Positions 51,305 to 64,000 of a stretch of DNA of 64,000 nt are shown here, piece after piece; the first letter of the stretch is position 1, and every line of letters starts with the position of its first letter. This DNA is from Zygnema circumcarinatum SAG 698-1b (taxonomy: Eukaryota > Plantae > Zygnematophyceae). The DNA lies in contig CM074811.1 in the NCBI GenBank assembly GCA_037447605.1, positions 2,046,001 to 2,110,000 on the forward strand. Direction: 5' to 3'. The translations under genes and the position numbers were made by a program. The notes beneath the pieces were generated by a model, which saw only the letters and a list, made by a program, of their open reading frames with translations, did no database searches and was not told where the DNA came from.

Positions 51305-54300
51305 TCCTCTTCTCTTTTAAGTATATGAAGCATCAGCAGGAAGGATGAGTCCTAGCTTGCTGGATACGGAACTCTGGACCGTGGAGGTCATGCTTTGAAA
51401 TGTAGGAAGATAATAATTTTACTACCCTTTCATGTTGAACCGGAATTAATTCTTTCCAGTTGCACTGTTTCTTGTAGATGAACAGTTGTCAGTTGCCATT
51501 TTCTATTCTTGCTAAGGAATGATGTCATTTCTCATTTTCCCCAAAGACTTTTGCTGATCAATGCCGAGTCTGAACGTTTGGTAGACACCCCCTCCCGCTT
51601 CCCCACCCAGCAGCAAGATTTAGACTTTCTTTCCGGTTAATTTCTTGTTTTGTAAGCTAAGTCTTTTGAAAGCTTCTGTAGTCCTTCAAGAATCTTTGAC
51701 ACTGTTGCTTGGGAGATTTTGACAGGCAGAGCTGGAGAAAAACCGTTTGTTTCGAGAGAAGATAAAGGAGAAGATGCTTGCAGCAATTTCCAGCAATGCT
51801 TCCGAGGATTTGGCATTCACAGAGCCACCCATTGAGGCTCCGCAGAAAACATCTGACGGTCAGGGCAAGGAGAAGAGCCGCATATGGACGATGATGCCGG
51901 CCGTCCGATTGGTCCCCAAATATACAACTTGGAATCACATAAGCAGGTGAGGTTGGAAAGCTGTTCAGCACTGGAAATGAATTTGGGAGAGCCCAGTGTG
52001 AGAGATTGCGAAAGAACCGTTCAAAGTTGAACTTTGATTTGACTGTTGACAACAAGTTATTGATGGCCGGCCTCCAATGAAGTTGATATAAGTCCATGAA
52101 TCGGAGCGATTCTTGTGAGGGGTCGATGTAAGTTGCCTTGTACTAAAAACAGTGTGAAGCTGACCAAACCTAGATGGGAGGGGAGGTGGATTTAGGAATC
52201 AACGGATGACGGAAGATCAATCGATTGTTGGGAGAAGGAGAATCTACTACGATGCCGAGAAGGATGAGACAACTGTCTGCAGTGAGTCAGATGAAGAGTT
52301 CGAAGCAGAAGAGTACAGACATGACTTCAAGATGGAGGACGATCGGATAATTATGTAAGCATTTGTTCCTTAGTCTGGATTTGCCCCATGGAACAAGTAG
52401 CTAGCCAATGCTTGGTTGGAGTGTCAAAAACATGACTGAATGGTCACGTGATCTCTTTTGTTTTGTTTGTTTTTCTTGTCGGTTTTGTTGAAAAAACTCT
52501 GCTTGAAACCGCTGGAGAGACTTGTGGAAAATGGATGACAGGGGTACGGTCCGTGAGCATGGACTGAGCACACCGGTGCTGACTGAGCTTGCAAATATAT
52601 TTAAGCTGCCCCCTACAGAAATTGAGGTGCGTGTTTGTGGGGAAAGAAATGCCTCAATGTGAAGGAAGCTAATGGAAGCTAGCACTTTATGTGTAATCAG
52701 AGGCTTTGGCGGACTGCTTTATCTCTTATAATTTTCCTAATCAGCTACTTCGATTGTAAGGTGTGCAGAAGAGATGTCTCGAGTTAACATCGAAGAAAGT
52801 ATTGCTGGAGGTGGAAAACTCAGCGGAGAAGGATAAACATAGTGTTGTTCAGAGCAGCAGTCAATTGCAAGTCAATATAAGAGCTACACGAACTGCTTCA
52901 CACTCCTCTCCCATCAAGGACATAGAGGCAGAGGATGGGGGCTTGCAAGTTGGTACAAAGGCTCCAACTTCAGTAGAAAACACCCTTGTATGTGAGCGTA
53001 AGTCAGTCAGGAAAACATCCCTTTCACAGTCAGGAGCAATGGAAAGCTCGAGTGAATTGAAAGGAGACCCAATATTGACTGTTGAGGTAGAAGGATATGG
53101 TGGAAGGGACATAAGTGCAGAGCATGAGGGCAAGCAAAGCAGAGGACAAGCTCTGAGCAATGGCTTAGAAGGTGATAAGAGTGCACAAGTGAACAAGGGG
53201 CACGAAAAGGAGAAAGAGACAGTGCCTACAGCGGTGACAGAAAAGGTGAAGCGAGTGGAGACTGACAAGCTTCCAGAAGATTTGGAGACTTTTATGGATA
53301 CTTCTGACAATTTGTTTTGTCGCCGCTGTCTGGTAATTAAAACCGCCCTCGGGCTCACCTTGCATCGGCTCGTTTGCCTTTTGAATCACCGTAGTGTTCA
53401 TGTTGAAAGGTCAATGAATTCACCTTCATGTGACGTATCATACAGCAGACTAGCAGTGCGAAGAGACCATGATTGCTTATGCCAGTCTTATCCAGGGCTC
53501 TTTCAGCCCCATAAGGTAACATGTGACATGCCACATTTGGCTCTTCTGCGAGTTGAAATGTACACAGCAGGTAATTGTGAGCGTTTTCATTTTTGTTTTC
53601 TTTCTCTTGTGGTTATTCAAAAGCGAACGGTGCCAAAATGATTAATACATCCTGAGTCCATTCTAGTATGGGGGCTGTAATGCAGGTCTTCGACTGCCGC
53701 TTACATGGGGCTATCCAGACACCCGAGCCGGTAAATGGGTCACATTCTCGCAAGCTTTAACAGTCTGGAAGTGTCCAGTATATCATTCTGAGATGATTTA
53801 ATTGTTCGAATTCTTGCTGCAGCATGAGAGACAACCCCAAGTCAATCTTCCGTCCGATGGTCGACCTTGCGGACCGGACTGCCACCTACAGGTAATGCTA
53901 ACAGCAAGATGAATTCAGTACCTTTGCTAGCATGGGAATCTGTTTACTTGGTTATGAGCTGATTTTCAGATGGTTTACTTTCCATGCTCCCCACATCTTA
54001 TTGAAGGTTAAACAGAAAGAAGACCTTGTTGAGTAGGTTGTAATGTCATACCACCAAGAATGATGATGGCCTTCCATTCCTTCCAAAGTGGTCCTGGCTA
54101 GACATGGCTGTTGTACTTCCCTGTTTTTCTTCTCCTCAACTTTCAAAGCATATCATACTTGTCATAGCTACCTTTTCCTTGCGTGAACGCATTCTGAAAC
54201 TCTTTTGGATAGATTGCATGGCTCCACTGTGTACTTGTGTGAAATGCATTCTCGTCATGACCGGTGGGGCATAGGCAGCTTTGCAGTAACAGAGAGACAG

Positions 54301-57300
54301 AGAGAGAGATGTGTAGATAGATGTATGTTCCGTTCCGTTGCTGTTGGTAACATGTCGAAGGCAGCACTCACAAAACTTCCCTCCATTTTCCCCTTTTCCC
54401 CTTTCTCTTTTTCAAGCAGCCATCACACGCCAACCTCCTTGAGCAGCTCCGCCAATCATTGCAGAACTGGTCAGGATCAAGCCATAGAGAGAGCGAAAGT
54501 GGGGCCCTTCCTGGTAGGGATTCTTCGTCAGCACAAGAAGAGGCTGCTAAGGAAGGGAAGGGAGAGGTTCAGGAAGATGGGAAGCAAGATGAGGTTGATG
54601 GTCCAAAGCAGCGAAAATCGATTTCCACAGTTATCACAGAAGACCATGGCAAAGCTTCTTCCCTCTTGAGAGGGAAGACGCATCAAGAGGGAGGGGCAGG
54701 CAAAGATCATAACTCACAGGGAGATGTGTTAGGAGGGGTAGCAGAGAGGACAAGTTTGACCCCTGTTGAGGCCGGATCAGTTTGCGTGGGAGCAAAAAAG
54801 TTTGATGGAGACGAAGGCCAATCTTCTCCACGTGGGGCCCGCAAAAGGAAAGAGATGAAATGGAACCGAGGTGGGAGATTAAGGGGACGGATAGGACAGA
54901 CGGCAGGAAAGACGAGGCAGAGAGGAGTGGCCATGGGAGCAGAAGAGGGAGAGGAGGACGAGAGGAGCCATGAAGAATCTGGAGAGGATGGTGCTGATGT
55001 TGAGGAAGTAGTTGGTAGGGCAAGAAAGAGGCGAAAACCAAACAAAGTACATGAGATAAAGAGAGGAAGAAAAAGTATTCATGATGAGGATGTGGTAGGA
55101 CAGAGTGGGGAGGGGGATGAGGGAAAGGAAGAATTGCGAGAAGGGCAGGGGGACAATCGAGGAGAAGCTCCGCAAGTAGTTGATGTAGGTGAAAGCAAAA
55201 AAGAAGAAGCGATTCAAAATCTAGCCTTCCCAGAAGATAAAAACTGGAGCAAACTGGATAGGGAGATGTACGATAAGGCCGTGCAAATGTTTGGCTATGA
55301 CAGGTGAGTTCACCAAATCATGGTGGGTGAAATTGAGCATAGATTGAACAATGGTTCAACTTCGGGCTAGGATGGGAGTGTTTGCTGGTAGTGGGGCCCC
55401 CATTATCGCTATCCTCGTGGTTCCATTACTCCATCGCTGGATACTCACAGCTTCATTCTCAGCTTTGGGCAACGGAGTGCAACCTGCAGCTTCCAATTCC
55501 TTTGATTAATTCTTTTGCATTTGTGAACGGAGAAAAGGAAGAGTGTTCCTAGAACGAAACAAGAAACTAGAAACAATTTCCATCACCTTTCTCCTGACTG
55601 TTTTTTCTATTATCACGTTGAGCTGTCAGCTGCCTCATTGCTCGCACCCTCAAGGGACAAAAGACCTGCGCCGAAATGGCAGAACGCATCATCATGGAGA
55701 TGGCTCACCTCCGTAGCACAGACCCAAAAAGCAGCGCAGCAGGAGAGGGAGACGATGAAAGCGTAGTAAGCAACTGCTTCTCTGTCGTTGTAATCACATC
55801 TTTCTCGCTCTCAGTTCAGAAGGACTATAGTTCATCTTTGCATTTGCTTACGAACTCTCTCAGTTTTACCGCCATATGATCATAGATAACAGGTTGAAAC
55901 TACTCGAAACAAACACACTTGTCAAGTACATGGTTCAATCTTACTGCATGCCCTTGTCAAAGTGTTCATCGGCCACTGTTAACTAGAGCAAAGAAGATCA
56001 AGTTTTCACATTTCCTTTAGAAATGGGTCAGCGAGTAAATGAGCGCAGCAAGCTTTAACAAGTTGGTGGATGCAGGGAGTAACTTTACAAAGACGTCAAG
56101 CTCGAAAAAAAGCGAAGCTTGTCCACAGCAAGGTGGGGAGAGGCCGGTTCAGGGCCCTACAACCTGCAGCCCTGCAAGGGCTGAGGAAAGATAAGAATGG
56201 GAGAGAACTCCGGCGGCACTATTCGCCTTGTGCATGCAAAGGACAATGCAGCAAGTCCACTTGTACCTGTTTTTCCAATGGGACTGTCTGTGAGAAATAC
56301 TGCGCGTAAGTGGTGGAATTGATCCTGCTATATAGTGGAACGTGCTGACAGTGGGAGTGCTGATTTATCTCTCTTTCAACTCTTGATTCGGCCCGTTGCT
56401 ACTGTGTTTCGTGTATAAATCTGAACACTGAGTTAGTAGTGACTGCTGAATGACTAAGGGGAGGATGGTTTGAATGCAGTTGTTCACGAACCTGCAAGCA
56501 GCGCTTTCCCGGCTGCCAATGCGGCAAATCGCAATGTTCTAGTCGGCAGTGCCCCTGCTTTGCGGCAGACCGAGAATGTGATCCGGATGTCTGCCGAAAC
56601 TGCTGGCTAGAGTATGTTGGCAACTGGATAAACTTAGGAGCAGAGGGAGGGAATGGGTGGGTAGGCATCAGATGGGAAGATGCAATGAGGCAGTGCAAGT
56701 TTAGTTACCGAATGTGAATGCTTTATTGAATCTAGCTTCGATTCTGGTAGGCTTCTGTGGCAACCATATCAAGTTCAGGGATGGACTTTTTTCAGAACAT
56801 TTGGAAATATTATACTGGGTAGGCAGGCAGAGTGAGCTGGGCTTACAATCTTATGAAGTGGCAACCAGGGTTTCTGTAGCTTTTGAATTTTAGGGTTTGC
56901 CATTTCTTTTTGCCTGAGGAGGGGACAGCTGTCACGGGTTGCAGGTGTGGAGACGGCACTTTGGGAGCCCCTCCCCCCCGCGGTGAAAGCTATCAGTGCA
57001 AGAACATGAAGGTCTTGCTTAGACAGCATCAAAGGGTAACCTCATATTGCTCTTATCTCTCTTGTGTCTCTTGTGTCCCTGTCAGGAGTAGAAAGGTTTT
57101 TGTGTGAATGATCTTTGCCTTATTGAAGGGCTTTCAGAGTGGCTACTTACTTTCTCTCAAATATATTGTTACCATTCGACAACCTCCTGGTTCGTTATAT
57201 CGCTGCATAATGTGTCTGCTTCCCGACTGCTGCTTGTTTTTGGGGTTCTGTAACTTTTTCAGGTTTGCTTAGTTTGTCAGGATTTTCATGCGTTCTCTTT

Positions 57301-58475
57301 TGTTATGATAACGAGGCAAAGGATTTAGTAGGCTTTGAGTTACTCTGATCCAAGTAGGTGCTACACTCTCTCTTACTGCAGATTCTCTTGGGCGAGTCGG
57401 ATGTCCAGGGTTGGGGTGCGTTCATTAAGGTAAGGATGTGCAATTTCATTCCTCTGATTCTAGTAAAGGTTGGAAGGTCATAGGTCGAAGTTATGTTCCG
57501 GTTCATGTATGCACTTTTTACTATTCGTTCGTTCCCGTGTTCGAATCCTGAATCTGCGCTGTCGGTGCAGTCAGCAGTGGGCAAAAATGAGTATCTTGGG
57601 GAGTACACTGGAGAGCTGATATCACATCAGGAGGCAGACCGGCGTGGAAAAATTTACGATCGTGAAAATGTCTCTTTTCTTTTCGACCTTGATGATCAGG
57701 TCAGTCAAATATGCCTTTATTTATCATGTTATGTTATAAATATTGAATTGGCTGTGCGGAGTTGGTGATCTGCTCACCTCGAACTGGAGACAAGCAAAAG
57801 CCAATAAACTAGTGGTGATAAATGTCGGTTGGGGGTGATGTTTTGGAATCTCAGTATGTGCTGGACGCATGCCGAAAGGGCAACAAATTGAAGTTTGCTA
57901 ATCACTCGCCCAACCCGAACTGTTATGCAAAGGTTAGTACCGCTGAACAAAGTTGCTTAATGAATTTTTGGCCTCAGAGTTGGATGCTAATACAGCGTTG
58001 CCTTAAGAAAGTTCTGATTTGCCACTGCACAATTATCTCGTTGCCGGATGGTATTATTCTTTTGAAGCAATGTGGCATGACAGCGATTAGACGAGAGAGG
58101 CTTATTTAGAGGAGAGAGACTCTTGCATTTGTTGCCAATTAGAAAGGTCCTCTGTAGGGAGCAACCCGTGCTAGCTGTACTAGTTAATGTTACCTTTGCC
58201 CAAACAAGGTGCGCATTCTCCATGCTCCGTTTTTTACCTCCTTAAGCAGTTCTAGAAAAGACTAAGTGTGGGCATTATGGGGCATTTGGCTTGGGCAGGT
58301 GACGATGGTTTCTGGTGACCATCGTGTCGGAATATTTTCCAAGGAAAAGATCGCACCTGGAGAAGAGCTTTTCTACGACTATGGCTACACTGCAGGGCAG
58401 GCACCCTCTTGGTGGGAGACCGTGGCTGAGGGTCATTCCGGCAGTAATCTCAGGCGAAACCACAAGGGGGTCTAA
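49437..58475 (+). CDS. CLF: Enhancer of zeste-type histone H3K27 methyltransferase (CURLY LEAF/SWINGER-like, PRC2), multi-exon
   Basis: [36 protein letters not shown]|[58 protein letters not shown] and [30 protein letters not shown] domain GWGAF...GEYTGELIS...[26 protein letters not shown]...GEELFYDY. Stop at 58475. The start codon and the CLF versus SWN orthology are less certain. Confidence 0.9.
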
Positions 58476-59280
58476 AGGGACCAGTTGCGAGTGTAGATAG
58501 ACTCCCGCTCTGACATTGCAAGTTCTCCTTCTATTTGCATTGGCTAACGAGTATGTGCTAAAACTTGAGCCTAAGGCTTGTTGGGCACTAAGGGGAAGGT
58601 ATGTTATTAGGCCTTGAACATTGCATGCGCACCTCAAAATGGTCCTTAGGGCGTGTACAGTCTGCTGAAGAAGTAAATAGACTTCGGTCACTCTCTAACA
58701 TACTCAGCTCAACTCTAATGTCCTCTCTTTTAGTCTTATTCCGGACTAGTGGCTTGATCCCCTCGAGCTTTCTAGTTGCGCCAACTGTCCGTCTCCATGT
58801 CGGGCACGCGTAAGTGAGATGTCACCTCCTGGTGAGCGCTCACTCGCTGAAAACCCTAAAAACCCTGAATACCCTAAATACGGTTGGTTCATGGAATGCT
58901 AAGTGCTGTGTTCCTTTGTTGGATATGGTTGTGGTCTGGAAGAGTCTAAAGCTGTCCGGTTCGAAAGTGTTGCGGACGCGTTGCGCACAATGGAGCAGCA
59001 AATGCTCACCAGCGCAGCGCTGCGTGTGCGGAGTTCAAACATGGTAGAAACTATGCGAATGTGATTCAAATCGAGAAAAATGTAGAGCCTTTTTGAAGTT
59101 TCCTTCCATGTTGCACCTTTTTATGATTTGTCTCCCCAATCACTTGAGTGCACGCAAGGGCAGTCGTTCTTGTAACTGCAACCGCTCTCCTGTCACAGTT
59201 ACATGCTCCATCCCATGACAGCGCACGTCAAACCGCAGTTACAAGGGCCCTTCAAATTTCCAATGCAGCAAATTTCCTGT

Positions 59281-60910
59281 CTTCGTACCGACCTCTCCCT
59301 CTTTCTTCGACCCTCGCAGTGCCGTACAGCCCACAGCCCAGCGCGGCACTCTGTCAAGAGGGTCCGGCCGCGCGACTCCCAGGGGACAGCAACAGCGCCG
59401 GGACAACCAGCAGGTTTTTTCGTACAAACCAGGTGTGCTTCCGTACAGTCCCAAGAGCTGGAGAATCGAGATACTAGGGATGACGAAAAGTCCGTACAAG
59501 GGACTTTTGGAGTTTTAGATTTCAGAACTAGACCGTTCTAATATCTAAACGTTTCAGAGTTTTAGAACACTTTTGAACTGACCGTACGACCGTTGAAGTT
59601 CAACTATATACAGTACGTCCCCCTAATGTTTTCCACCTGAATTCTTTCGTTACCCAAGAAATTCGCCCTGATTTTGAGAAAACCACTTTTAGTACGGTAA
59701 GTCTGTGTTAATGCATTAGGGGTGTTAACCTGACCTGACGTATGTTTCAATACAAAATTCGTTAATCGAAACGGATTTGGAACATGAGTCACGCACTTTT
59801 TTAGTACGGTAAATACGGATAAAATCTCTAAATCGTACGGTATATGTACAAAACCAATAGGAGGTCGTGTAATTAACTGTAAGGCACCAATAGGAGTTCG
59901 CGACATGGCCCGCCGGGCGACTATGCGCCTCCGTACAGAGCGATACAGTACGGCCGCAGGCCGGACTCTAACATAATACCGCCCTCCTATTATTAACACG
60001 GACTTCCTTATATTTTCAAATTCCAAGATTTTCGCCCAATATTTGCCGAAATCATGGCGAAAATAATTAGGAGGGTTACTTGTATGGGTAACTCTAGTGC
60101 ACCCCTGCGTTTTGTCTTTCGCACCCCCCTTTTGAAAATTTTGCCTGCCCGTTTTGGTTACCCCCTCAGTTCTGAATATTTCGGGAAAAAATCTTTTTCC
60201 CGCCCCTCCCCTCCCCTCCCCTCCCCTCCGCTCCGCTCCCATCCCTTGCCCTGTCCTCCTCGGACCTCCTCCCGCCCCCTCCCCTCCCTTCCCCTCCCCT
60301 GCCCTGCCCTCCCTTGCCCTCCCCTCCTCGTCTCTCCTCTTCTCGGTTTGCAATTTCTTGTGGTTCCCATGTTGACTTTGTCCATGTTTATTTGATGGCC
60401 TCACCATCTTGAGACCAATGCAAATCCCCTTTTCTTTTGTCGCACATTGTTGGAAGTCAATAGTGAAATGGAGAAAATGAAGGGGGTGGAATGTCCAGAA
60501 AAAGAGGAGGGAAGGGGAGGGGAGGGGAGGGGAGCGGGCGGGGGGGGGAGGGCCGGGGAGGACAGGGAAGGGGAGGGGAGCGGAGGGGAGGGGAGGGGAG
60601 GGGAAGGGAGAGGGGGGGAGCGGAAGGGACGGGAGGGGCGGGAAAAAGCTTTTTTCCCGAAATATTCAAAACTGAAGGGGTAACCAAACGGGCAGGCAAA
60701 TTTTCAAAAGGGGGGCGCGAAAGACAAAACGCAGGGGGTGCAGTAGAGTTACCCTACTTGTATACGGTCGTACGTTCTGCGCTGGCCCGTCATGGAGCCT
60801 GTCGTACGACCGTACAACCATAGGCGTTTTAAAAGTGTTTTACATAACAGTATAATTGGAATTTATTAGACGACAATATCCACCCCTGACGCCGTGTTGT
60901 ACCGTACGGC
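59281..60910. repeat. CCGTAC/GTAC-dense intergenic region, probable older transposon, interrupted by the MULE
   Basis: About 18 GTAC sites in roughly 960 bp outside the MULE (manual count), mostly as CCGTAC, CGTAC or GTACGG. Confidence 0.55.
60086..60754. mobile_element. Non-autonomous Mutator-like element (MULE/MITE), 669 bp, with long TIRs and a 9-bp TSD
   Basis: Termini GGGTAACTCTA...TAGAGTTACCC. About 125 bp of closely matching TIR is extended by about 120 bp of C-rich/G-rich mirror sequence. The perfect direct repeat TACTTGTAT lies at 60077-60085 and 60755-60763. Confidence 0.9.
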
Positions 60911-61625
60911 CCGACCGACTCACGTCCAAATCCGGCCGCGGTCCAGGTCTCGACGTTCTCAATACTTCCGATTGTGGCTGTCAGTTTTTGATGACGACAT
61001 AAAGTTTGACATCCATGCGTCAGCAGATGTGTGGCCACGCCTCGCTTTGCGAAGATTTTGTGAATTTCCACGTCGGATCAGGCACAAATGGGGAGCAGCC
61101 CCCGCCATGCCTGCCACGTGTCGTGCCAAAAAGGGGGTCCTCCGCGTGTCACACGTGCGAGCCCCCTCCAGCGGGGCCGTCGCCGCGCGCCACGTGTCCG
61201 AGCGCGGAAGCTGCAGCGCCGGCCGGCGGCCCCGGGCGGCGCTGGAAGGGAAGGGGCCGGCCGGCGGGCGGGGCGTGGGCGGCTGGTGGGGCCGAGGGAG
61301 GGAGGGAGGGAGGGAGGAACGAGGCGGAAGAGGAGGGCGGAGGCAGGAGCAGGGAGGGCGGGAGGGAGGGAGGGAGTTCGGAAAGGGGCTGTTCCTTCAG
61401 GAAAGGGGATGGGAATGGGGAAAAAACAAGGGAGAGAGACGGGGGAGAGGAGGGAGTAGGAGGGGTAGGAGTAGGAGAGAGGGGTGAGAGGAGGGGGTTA
61501 GGAGGACAGTGGGGAGGGAGGGAGGGAGAGGGGGAGACGGAGGGAGGGAGGGAGGACGTTACGAAGGAAGGATTTTGATGTACCTGTAGGAGGAGGTGTG
61601 TTGAAGTTGAGAGGTTCGATCTGTA

Positions 61626-63938
61626 ATGGGAAGTGTGAAGGATGATGCGGTGGATCCCTGCTTTATAGAGGGAGCCTCTACGACAAGCCCCTCAGATGGA
61701 GATGATGTGCGCTGGTTCTTCAGCAAAGCTCCCCTGAGGAAGTTTGGTGCGCCTCTTGTTCCTGTAATTGGATCAACGTCGTCAATTTTCCGCCAGTTTT
61801 GGCGCCAATACTTGCAGATTCTAGGAAGGGATCCTGTTGCTTCTTCGTGATCAGGGATGAAGGGAGCAGGATTCGTTGAGTATGTTTCTTTGGACGTACA
61901 GCTGTCGTTAAATTTGCTCATGTAATGGCTTCGTCAATTGGAAACTAATTTCCGTTTTAGGGCTCGTGCTCGAGTCTGGGATTGTAATTTTTACGGCCTT
62001 TAGTTGAAGGTGCCCCCTGACGGATTTCAACCGTCAAATATCTTAGTAGAGTTCATTGCAAAAGTCAGAGCTCTGCCGTGAATTCTGACCATTCTTGGAG
62101 CGGAGGCGAGTGCAGAGGCTGCAGGGTCTATCCCTGAGTCAGAAGTGGTCGCGCGCGGTGAATTTCTTCGGTTCAGTATGAGGGACTCTTTGGCTTTGGA
62201 GGCTGCGTTCAAGCAGGTGAGGACCCAATTCTAAGCCATGAAGGGTCTAGACATTTGTATCAGTACAGCCGAAGTGAATTAAAAGCACAGGTGGTCACCG
62301 CTTTGATTCCTAGGGAAAATTTCCGTTAAACGACGTTTCTCCTTTGAAAGTTCGACGAGCTGCAAGAACAGCTTGTAGTTTTTGTGAAGACGCCATAGCA
62401 TAGGTTATGGTACCATTTTATGGCAGTAATGGTTATCATAGAATTCTGTAGTCGGCTCTTGATCTCACTTGGACGATACGTAGGAAAGTGGAAAGAATCT
62501 GCAAGGAAGGTGTTACGAGACATCAGCGTTTCGGGCACATTGTTGGCAGCTGAGAATGAAAACGTATGAATAAGCGAGTGTGTATTTATGGCAGTTCAAT
62601 TTAGTTCAAGAAAAGTAAAGCGTTGGCTCTATCAGCTTTGTATTGCCTGGACACCTAATTGGCGTCAGCATAGTGAATGCTGAACTGGAAGGATATTTGG
62701 AGCTATATGTGTCACGTGGGACGATGTTAACAAGTATTCAAAGCCTGTAGAGTTAGCGCAAGAATTGCAAGGTGCAATTGAAATGAGGCTATCGGTTATG
62801 TTGGGAAATGCAATGTCTACTCGACTACTTCGAAGGGATCCGAACTGTGGTAGGAGTTTGATGTGATCATCACATCACAAGTTTTGGCACTTCAAAATCA
62901 TTGTTATGGTCGAATCTCAAAGGTCATTGCATCTCTTTTCTCGTATCAGCACAACTCTCCGGGAGTCATCACGCAACCGTTGTGATGCATCAATTGCCCG
63001 CGAATTTCTGACCAAAGTATTTTGGTTAGTTCTACTGAAGTTGGCCAAGCAATGAAATAGGAAACAAATCCTGCCTAACCAAGTTACGGCAAATTTAATG
63101 ACTTCGCAAGTTTGGCGCATTTCGTTTTCGGTTTCCTAGTTATGCTCCTTCCACAAGCTAATGCAGCAAAAAGATCAAGCATTCTTTGGATATGAACGTA
63201 TCGTTCAATCAAGGAGATGGACCCGATAAGTCAGGGTCGCTGTATATAGCTTGTGAGGTCTGCCTTAGAAACGACTTTCAGGCCACGACTTCCGGTCAAT
63301 TAAACTTATTGTCTGCTCCCTTTGAACTTCTCCTCCTTCAGTCAAGCTCGTCTCCTAATGGGGACCCTCATTTCATTTGCAACTTTTGCTCAGCCTTACT
63401 CTGCGTTACAACTGTCTAAATCCTTCTTTGTTGCGTGATGTACATCCAGCGCGAAGAGGAACTTCTTAGGACATGGTGGGAGGAGTATGCAGAATGCAAC
63501 GAAGGCCCGAGTCCTGCTTGTTTGACATCAGCTGCTGCAGAAGAAGAGTTGCCGTCTTCTGCGGACAATTGGCTTGACCCAAATAAGGCAGGGAGTGACG
63601 AGACTATGGGAGTGCCGGTGAAGGGAGGTCTTTACGAGGTGCACACTTGCAACCTCTGCTCCTCCACCCATGTTTAAGGACCTGCCAATTCAAATAAGCT
63701 AAGACATTGAAAACACACAGTCACGTTCAGCTGCAATACCGTAGAAGAAAGTAGCTTTCCTGACCCTGCAAAGAGTGGTGGGCAGGTAAATCTCTGGAAG
63801 AGGAGATCCTTTCCTGTCTATTGGAGTGGCCAAGACCGCCGAGTCCTTCGTGGTTTGTGGTTTGCTCTTTATGGCACTCATTGGCTGCCGCTTCGGGAGG
63901 ATGTGACGGAACAGTTGGAAGTGGCTTACCGGAAAAAG
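61626..63938 (+). CDS. SGR2: SHOOT GRAVITROPISM 2-like phospholipase A1 (DDHD family), 5' part only; continues beyond the window
   Basis: TSPSDGDDVRWFFSKAPL, GEFLRFSMRDSLALEAAFKQ|REEELLRTWWEEYAECNEGP, GVPVKGGLYE|VNLWKRRSFPVYWSGQDRRVLRGLWF...EQLEVAYRKK match the SGR2 N-terminus as I recall it. Confidence 0.9.
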
Positions 63939-64000
63939 GTCAGACCCTTCAAAGTGGCTCAAACTTTCTGCCGGGATTTAAAAGCAATAGATCAACAAAA

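Noticed and set aside
61626-61850. 74-aa ORF as a short standalone peptide or truncated pseudogene
   Set aside because: It is SGR2 exon 1 read through a GT donor, and downstream exons continue the protein.
1-64000. CRISPR arrays, operons, prokaryotic defence systems, rRNA/tRNA genes, or a functional gene cluster
   Set aside because: The repeats lack unique spacers, the genes are spliceosomal-intron eukaryotic genes of unrelated function, and I saw no RNA-gene signatures by eye.

Overview
This is eukaryotic, intron-rich, gene-dense green-plant DNA, most likely a streptophyte alga (an inference from gene content, short GT-AG introns and abundant GA/CT microsatellites). It is not prokaryotic: I found no operons, CRISPR arrays or rRNA/tRNA genes. 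Reading across introns by eye, I recognise 13 protein-coding genes: CHMP7 (+), F-box SKIP24-like (-), ASCC1-like KH/2H-phosphoesterase (+), intronless COM1/SAE2/CtIP (-), a plastid DnaJ-type zinc-finger protein (+), a secreted GH10 xylanase (-), acetylornithine deacetylase (-), TIM21-like (-), a membrane SAM methyltransferase (+), a Ubc6-type E2-TPR fusion (+), an unidentified multi-exon gene (-), an E(z)/CLF-like H3K27 methyltransferase (+), and the 5' part of an SGR2-like phospholipase A1 (+). The strongest novelty is a 10-exon, phase-consistent gene of about 610 aa at 38648-43310. It joins an intact Ubc6/UBC32-34-type E2 catalytic domain to an acidic linker and a TTL/DNAJC7-like TPR array, with no tail-anchor transmembrane helix, and may be a soluble chaperone-coupled E2. 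Non-coding highlights are a 669-bp Mutator-like element with a perfect 9-bp TSD nested in a CCGTAC/GTAC-dense region, a 141-bp MITE with 11-bp TIRs and a 5-bp TSD, a second CCGTAC cluster with CACTA-like ends, a 1.13-kb intronic (CAGATGCAG)n minisatellite and long G-rich polypurine tracts. Family names come from remembered motifs, not database searches, and all counts were made by hand. Two 10-N gaps lie at 24997-25006 and 41446-41455.
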